Positions 55,457 to 64,000 of a stretch of 64,000 nucleotides of DNA are shown here, in pieces. Under the pieces are notes generated by a model. The model was not told where the DNA came from, did not search any database, and was given only the letters and a program-made list of their open reading frames with translations. Numbering within the stretch: position 1 is the first letter of the stretch; every line of letters begins with the position of its first letter. A program made the translations under genes and the position numbers. This stretch comes from Laetmonice hystrix (taxonomy: Eukaryota): contig OZ249444.1 of NCBI GenBank assembly GCA_965235115.1, positions 18,848,001 to 18,912,000 on the forward strand. The letters are read 5' to 3'.

Positions 55457-58400
55457 AGCTCAATATGAGGGGTAACCTTCAAACTGCTAATGTGCAGCGA
55501 GCTTCACCTTTTACTTACATTGTATTTGTAGCTATTTGACCTGGCCCAATTACATCTTATCACTGTCTGCCTTGAGATCTCCTCCCTCCACGCCCCTCCC
55601 CCACTCCAATTCCAAAGCACATCATGCCATGCCATCCAGCCTCCCATACACAGGAGCTGGTCTGCTCCGGTCTGGTACAGCACCTCTGGCCAGACGCGGA
55701 AAATACATTAGTACGGCTTTACACATCATGAAACCTGCTGAACACACAGAGCGTGAAAAACACACTATCATTTTGACTTGAATCCGTCCCTGGTAGGATT
55801 ATGATGTCAGCACACGGCGGCAATAATCTTGGGTAAATTCTGAAATGGAGGTTATTATTTACGGCCGGCGGGTAGTACCTGAAGCAAGTGATCGATAAAC
55901 GGATCTCGTTTACTGGTTATAAATACAGCCCGGCCCCCCGGCTGACGGCCTGCTTCCATGCTGGTGTTTGCGAGGACCAGGAGTTTGACCTTCACAAACA
56001 CAAGGTTGTTCCAGCGCCCAGACAGTCACCAGCCCTGTGCTGACGGAACACGTTGGTTAGTAGCACGTGGTCCAGGGAGAGGGGATTCCTGGCCACCGGG
56101 GCTGACTGAGGCGGCGGCTGACCCACTGATCCACATCCATATTATTACATCACGTACCCTCTCCCATCAATAGAAACATCCTGCTGTGTCTGGTCGCATT
56201 ATCATGTCTGTCAAGTGATTCCTGACATCCTAGTCGTAAATATTCATCACTGCAGACAAACATATCCACAAGCAAGCATGCGCAAACATGTATCAAAGAG
56301 GGAAAATGTATTCCTTATTATCATCCCCAAATTATTATTACCATACATGTATATTTCACATACATGGTGTTCCAAATGAGTAATGTGGTGTTATAACGCA
56401 ATTCCAGAATGATTTATTACGTACCGTATATATCATTATCTCTCTAGTCCCAAATGAACTCATTTTGAATTATTAGCCTGCTCATAACAATGCATAAAAC
56501 TGTACTTAGCGCCTGCAATGACTTTGCCAACTTTCCTCGAACCATGCAGTGCTAGAAGAAACACTTGACCCTTGAGGAGTGGTCGTCTGGACTTATTCTT
56601 GGAAGCAGCCCCTGTACTTCCCAGTAGTGATCTACTGCCTTAATAATGCCTTGGGATGGGCTACGTTCAACTACGGTACCATCGTTTCCAAACCACTCTA
56701 TCCAACCACGCATGCTATAGCGTGGGTGGAAACTGGGGATCAGTTTTTGCTGACTTCACACTTCATACTAAGTTTTCTTCATCCTGGTATCACCATACAA
56801 CTTCCATTCAAGCTTCGCTTATTGTGCTTTCTCATAAATGTGAAGAAGTTATCTTGCTTATGTAATCTGGACATTAAAAATCTGATTTTTAATGAACTAT
56901 TGCAGTTGATTCAATCAATCAGTTGCTTGAAGTTGCTAAAAATAAAGAAAAAAAGTCCTTGTAAACACTGACTGCTGGCGATGTCACCTATTACAGCCTG
57001 CAAAAACCTCGAGCAGAATATTCCATCAACCTGTAACTAGCGACCAGATGAGGTCAATGACATGCCGGGCAACTTCGGCTGGAGGTGGCAACGGCGGCAG
57101 CCAATCGGCCACAACAGATTCTGCGGCGACCAAAGTGCAGCATGTTTCATAGGAACCCCTTCAAACATTCATCAATATTTGCCGCCATAGCGACCAGTAA
57201 CAGTTCAAACAAATTAATCTTCCTGAACTGAAACTAGCCTCTATTTTCTGCAGGATATTTGCTACAGTTTGCGCTTTCATGACTTTGATTTGTCTATCAA
57301 ACTTGAAGATTGCAGAAAAAGGGAGCGAAGTGCTTGTCGCCCACAACCTATCAATGTGGTTCTACCAGACACTTCCAGGATGTTCTGGGTGTTTCCTGCC
57401 GCCAAGGTGACATTCCCCTCCGGGGGTCAATTACAATAAAGCTGAGCTCTGATTACACTTACAGCACACAACTGGCCGTGATTCTAGTGATCTGGTCCCG
57501 TACAGGAAGATAACAACGAACACGTGTGACACTCCCTATACCAGTAGATGAACGTCATCAAGGGACAATCCCTGAAATCTGTCTATTCCTCAGGTAAATC
57601 CCCTTCTGCTGATGTCAAGCAAACTTCACATTTCACACTCACTGACCAACTATTCCCTGTAACTTCCCTACAAAATTTTTGGCAGGGGTTCAGGTTAAGG
57701 TCAAGAAAAGGATATATTTTAGGGAGGGGTAAGGGTGATAATGTCAGGGCTATGGATCTTTACTTTCAAACAAATTTTGCTGGGTTTAAGTTATCACGGG
57801 GCGATGTACTCACTGACCATGCTGACAATATTCCTGATAATCTGACATTAGGAACATCCGTGTCATGCCAAAAGCAACGACTGATCGTCCGCCTCGTTTT
57901 TTTAAGCCCATTAGTTATTTATTTACTCATGTCATTTTTCAACCATGTCCATGGTTCAGGTGCAAGTGTAGATGTACTTTCACCTGAATAATCGCCCGAC
58001 AGGACAGTTTTCATGCTGCAGGACGGCCTGCCCAGTGTAAGTCAACATATCAACCCCTGGGTGTTGGTATCTGATTGGATGACTGCTGAATAAAATCTGG
58101 TTTACTATTGGTATAGCATGAGACGGTGATGGGTATTTGTTTGCTGTTCTGTGGTAAGGCAAGTAGTGGTGGCACTAGACTGGTAGTAGCAGTTGGTTGT
58201 CAGTGGTGACCGTGTCACTCATGATCATTACTAACTGGGTCAACATGGCAGCGCCTATCCCAACCCCTACCATACACACCCATCAAGCTACGACCTTGTC
58301 AAGGACAAAATACTACAGTGGAAAATACCAGCGCCAACAGCAGGAGTTAATCGACAGTGCACCTGCTCGGCCGGTGTCATGCACGCTCAATGTCCTGTAG

Positions 58401-61400
58401 GCAGCTCGATGCTCACGGCATTGTGTAGTCAATAGATAGACTGCCCTTTGACGAAAACCCTGCGAGAAGGGGAGGGTGCCACAGTTTAAGAGTGGCGCTT
58501 ACAATAGTGGGGAGTTTCTTACACTACAGGTCTCCTGCACTTGCTCTTTCAATAGTAGGATCGTGTAAGTTCAAACCCAATAACTTTCAACTACATTTGT
58601 ACTTCAAGGGATTTTTATCTTCTACACTGAAACGACAATCCGAGTCAATAAATGTGGATTGCCGCCTTTCCATGTGACAGTAGACTTTGATACCATCCAG
58701 GTATGAGAAATAATCCTAAAACCTCCGCAAAATGCACTAGACCAGCCTGACAGACTATACGTACACGAGTCCCGGCTAGTAGCAAGAAATTGGATTTTCC
58801 ATCCTGCTATCCTTGTCACTTCTGTTTTGAATGATGGATCATTTTGTAACGTTCATTTCCGTATCATGAATATTCCACTCTAATAGAAGCACCAGGCTCG
58901 AGCACTGAGTTTGACCTTGTCTAAATCCTATACATCCCACCCTGACTCGACTATAGGGACCCTATTTAGGGGTCACGGCCCCTGGACAGGAGTGACATTG
59001 AAGCACTGTGAAGGACCTTGCCACAAGCGGAGGATGACATTGGGGAACAAATGGTGCAGCAACACGACAGTGCATCGCTCTATATCCACAGACACACTAC
59101 CAGCTCAGATTCCCCCAACCGACCATAGTTCAAAGAGAAAACATAACCACCCTTTGATTGAACGAAACACAAGGTCTACGACACTTCCATGATGTTTGGA
59201 CGAGTCTGGTCTTGTTCATACAACTTGATACATCCATGAATTGTGATAAAGCACAAAGATATCCTGGTTTGTAACTTTAACTTGTATATATATACAATAT
59301 CAATGATGAAAAAACAATGACATCACAAATATTTTTCTAAGACCATCTACCAGGTGTTCTAATTTACCCTTGAGCTTTCTCCTCTGAAAGTGACTTTGAA
59401 AAATTAAAATCAACTCATCTTCACCATTACTCTGACCTATGCCTCAGGCGAAATAAAAGTACACATAGATGTGCTCGATAGAGCAATATATGACTAAAAT
59501 GATTTAGTATACCTAGCTTTGAAATCATGTGCTACATTTAGCAGACGGCCCATGCTGAAAACTGAATATTTTGGATAAAATGGCTTGTTTTACGGATTGG
59601 ACGAATGACACAAATTTATTTCAGTATTTTTACAGCTTTTGCCTAGAGCTGTAAATTGTAATACCCCAATAATGCTGAGATCCAATAGCAACACCTGAAC
59701 TTGACCACCTCCTTCACCATGTGATATGTTATCACATTTATAATCTGAATGTAAATGTTGTTGGAGAGGTATATCCGTAATATCGACACACTTCCTACTC
59801 CAAGCATGTAGCCATTTACACGCTGACAACAACACAACGGAAACTTGCCTCAACGGCAATGGCAAGCTTATCACAATAAGTGCAAAAGGGGGACAATATA
59901 CAGGTCATCAACATTTGTCATGCAATCTTTCATCAGAAACATATTACTGAAAAAGAATGCCTCCTAGACTCTCTGACATGTTATCAGTACATTTATCTGA
60001 GATAAGGTACTTCTCCACCGGGGAGGATTTGTGATATAAGTCTGCGACCGGAAACTTATAAAAAGGTAGTACTATATCTACCTAACTTTACCTGCAGCAG
60101 GCGACTCTCACACAATAGACTCTCCAATGTCCTGCATCTTACATATATACGTATTCCTCGAGATGAAACTTTTCAACATTACAAAATGGTTTCAAAAGAT
60201 ACAAGAGAGTAGTATTTAGCCTGCTCTTGTAAGTTGCTTTCAATTAACACAAACTGCCAAAAGCACTACTCTTAATAAAATTTATTAATTATGCACATAC
60301 ATAATGACATGACACACTCTGACCAGCAAGAGCCCAGTCTTAATTATGACGTCGATCGTAAAAAACTGATACACGACTGAGTCAGTTTTACATGCTGATA
60401 ACCAGGACGTAAAGCACTACTCATCTTTCTGGTCAGCATTTTAAGACCTATCCAGTGTAATCTGAAGAGCAGCACTTCTACTACCGGTAGTTACTATACC
60501 TGACTGTAATCATCAATGAATGGAATTGACCCTGATCCCTTCTTGTCACAATATATCCATAAAACTGACATTGAAAGTTAACACCTTATCGGCCATGATA
60601 AAAGTGATAATAGTAATACTATCTCAATCTGACTCTGATCATTTCATTCTATGGACAGACCAGCTGCTGTAGACAATGTGATTATATATAACAAAGCATC
60701 ACGAAGATAATAAAAATACATCCCCAGCATCCACCCCCCCCCCCAATGTTTTTGGATTAAATATATCCTATAGAGCAATTCTCTACTTTAAAAATAAAAC
60801 ATCTCCATTTGAGTCACGTTTGTGAATACACTGACTGGAAGTATTTGGTCGGCAGATCCATTCTAAATATGAGAATGTTGGCAAACATGCTCACAGCCAG
60901 TGCTATAGACCTGTAGTGGTCAATGTACTGGCTTTGTTTCTCTCAGGAGTCCCTCAATCTCAAAATCTTACCATTTCCTAAGATTTCCTAACCTGTGTGA
61001 TATCGACTGGTTCTTTTGGGTTTGTTGATGGATAGTCTTTGCAAATTACATCACGTAACAACTAACACCCAAATTATGTTATTGATTAAAAGGTCGCTAC
61101 AGCTGACTGCAGATTCTCATTAATGCATGAGCATGGCTAGACTCACTGCCATTTCTAGACTAACCCTTGCCCCTCCCAAACGGTATCACAGGTCCTAGGT
61201 GACCTTTACAGCACAAGCAATGATGAATGGGTGGCGGGCAAGCCACCAGCGCACAACTACCTCTGACTCTGGCTGGCCTAATGTGATACCATACCCTGCC
61301 TGTCACTGGCACGGGTCAGCTAAACAACCAACTATTTCCGAGCTCTACCCACGGTGATAGCCGTCCCTAGACGGCCTGTTAAACCGGCAGCATACCGGCA

Positions 61401-62504
61401 CACATGCCCATAAGCCCTAAATGTCCTTGGCCCGAACTACCAGGTATGGATACATTGTGCTATATTTAGCCCGTACGCTCTCGTGTGTTTTGCTATTTTC
61501 TGCTGTTCTCAGCATTTTTCAGCAGCAGATCTCGGCTCGGACTGGTTGGCAGCATCGTCTGCATCTACTACCAACCAGATGGCCTTGTCCAGGCAGACAA
61601 TGTCACACTGACATTTTTATGTCCAAGTCGCTACTAATTTGTAGAACATGAACTGGAAACTGAATAAATAATGTCGTATTTTACAGATGGCACAGTATTA
61701 ATATACTCAATTAAGCCGGTGGAACTGGAAGTCTTTAATTGGAAAAGAGTTAGGTGGCGCACCCCCCCCCCGTTTTTTCCTAACAGGACACTAGAACAGA
61801 TGTGTTCAATGAGGTTGTAGCTAGTCAAAGGCCATCCGCCCACCCGCAATTCCCCTAGACCCGACTGCCGAACAGTCATGACTTATTTTCCTCACTGGAG
61901 ACATGCCAACCATTCTGGGCAGTAATTGCAGGAGCAGGGAACGCTCCTGACGCTTCAAGGCAGTTGCAGATTTTCACAATGCTAGAATTCCTTATAACCT
62001 AGTGTAGACTTACTTACACCGACCCGATGTGTGAAAACAATGCCAATCCTTCCTAACAGTACTATGGCAGTTGGTACTGTAATAATTGCATCACGCCCCA
62101 CTTCAAAGAAGGTAAAGGCCAAACTACAAATGATAACGTGGCTTTATTTAAAGGGTTTAACATAGTTTGGCTTTTTTCAATTTCATTTTCACACTCTGAG
62201 TCTGAGTATGAGTGGAGTAGTTAAACTGAGTGTTTTATACCTGAGGGCAGAAACTACCCGATATATTTGATTTAATGGTGATGGGGATACCTAGGAGCAT
62301 GCAGGAGAAAAGTGAACAATGGGTCAAGAGGCCCACCGGTTTTGTGTGAGGGGTCAATGGTTCTAAATTTAACTCAACGGCTTTTCTCTAAGTGACCTCA
62401 TGACTTCTTTACCTCCTATCTACAAAGTCTTTCTGCACCACCTTGTGCCCAATGCATATTCATCATTTCATGCAAGGTCAGCTTTGTTGACTGCCGGCTG
62501 TCGA

Positions 62505-62688
62505 CCAATGGGTGAGCTGGGTGCTGGGGACTACCCACGTGTAGGGGGGCAGCACATGGTTTGACCACAGGCACCCAGCTGGCCACTGTCATTGATAATT
62601 TGCCGGGCCCCTCACGTCCCCCATTGGCTGGTATTGGGTGACGTCAGCACTGGGCAAACCCCCACCGTTAATGAGACCCCGCCCCAAT
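62505..62688. promoter_or_regulatory. Promoter/enhancer-like module: CCAAT boxes, full CRE, GC box
   Basis: CCAAT at 62505, ATTGG at 62623 and 62633, TGACGTCA at 62639-62646, CCCCGCCCC at 62677-62685. Confidence 0.5.
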
Positions 62689-63567
62689 TTAACGCGGACA
62701 GACTATAGGTAGGGTAATTTATTAAAAAATACTACTAGACATTCAAAAATATATCCTGATTTTCGCACTCAAGACTACATATCATGTCTCCACATGAAAT
62801 GGCAGGCTGGTAAAAAAATAAAGACTCATATATTGTGACTGGTATGATATTGATAAGGTTAACGGCACTTCTTATTCCTCCAGGTTAGGTACGGGGACCC
62901 TGGAGATACAAGTTGTGATTAGAATCCAGACACACTGTGCATGCACAGACTAAATACACCCCCAAGGTTCCCGGGTATCGTAATCCACAATGGGGTCCAG
63001 AGTTCAACAGCAAAACGGACAAGTACAACAACCAGTTGATGTTTTCCCCATCATATTATCAGTCACACACACCTGTTCTTCTCTCAGTACTCTGGATGCA
63101 TCAGTTAGTTACTGCACCAGGTATGACACAGAATGAGATGATACAATTTACACCTGAGGCGCCTCTTCCTGGGGCTCAATTTGCACTTTCTACTTACAAT
63201 TTGCACATAGAAAATGCCAGGAAGAGTCTGGTGGTATATGCCCAGCGTACACACTACACATTGTACTTAACTGTAAGAAGGCCTTGTCCTTGTGAAAACA
63301 CCCCTTCTTTGTGTATGCCAGATGAGAAATACTGTGCACACAGAATCTAAACTGTGTAAAATAAATTATGTAAATAAAAAAAAGAGTTACCTTTTTAAGA
63401 CTGATAATACGTTTGTACTTATCCTGACAATACTGATTTAAAAGCTTCAAATTTTCTACTTTTATTATTAGTTTTAACATGAAATGCCCAAATTTGACAC
63501 TATAGCCCAACTATTAACGTACATGTCACTTAATGTGACAGTGAACTAAGTCAAAATTGTGTAAATA

Positions 63568-63732
63568 CCGGGCTCGAAATAACCAGGTTCGCAATTGCAA
63601 TTTGCGAGTGAAAATCAGCCTGTTGCAAATCATTAACATATGAGTCGCAAAATATTGTCTATTACTGCTTCTACAAACTAGATCACTCAGTAATTATTGC
63701 GAATCAAAATTTTTAAAGTATTTCGAGCCCTG
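63568..63732. mobile_element. 165-bp MITE-like element with C[AC]GGGCTCGAAATA termini
   Basis: ccgggctcgaaata ... tatttcgagccctg (12 bp perfect, 13/14 overall) with internal tcgcaa/ttgcga sub-repeats; no target-site duplication seen. Confidence 0.65.
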
Positions 63733-64000
63733 AAATGGCACAGAAAATGCAAGGCCTGGCACTCCAACATACACTGAACCTGGACCAAGGGCCATTTGGC
63801 ACCCAGGTGGAATGTGCACTTAGCAAATGCCATCCTCTAGCTTTACAGGAGCGGTACACTCAAATTTTTATACATGTACAGGAACTTCTCAAGACTTCTT
63901 TGGACTATACACTTCACTTGCAGCCAACATCATTTTCCAAAAATGTTCAGTATAATTTAGTACTAGTATAGCGAATCAAACTTTCATTTTGCTGGTCAAA

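Overview
Eukaryotic (bilaterian invertebrate, possibly lophotrochozoan) genomic DNA with spliceosomal introns. There are no prokaryotic operons, CRISPR arrays, rRNA genes or recognisable tRNA genes. Two protein-coding loci are supported, both on the minus strand. (1) An uninterrupted 11.9-kb ORF (15423-27305, 3960 aa) encoding a Ser/Pro/Thr-rich, apparently disordered protein with no recognisable folded domain but many short linear motifs. (2) The 3' part of a Na+/K+-ATPase beta-subunit gene, whose N-terminal/TM exons I could not find in the window. This gene has two shared exons (52744-52854, 52397-52575) followed by two intact, diverged, tandem copies of the last two exons (50693-50794 + 50143-50391, and 48424-48525 + 47977-48216), which suggests switchable C-terminal ectodomains. 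Between the loci (41.6-44.9 kb) lies a regulatory hub: candidate 5' exons, a cluster of extended CTCF-like motifs (four inside one 153-bp palindrome), and 12 copies of TAGGCCTA. The remainder is intronic or intergenic, with minisatellites, MITE-like elements, long G/C runs and many short spurious ORFs. All motif and splice calls were made by eye.
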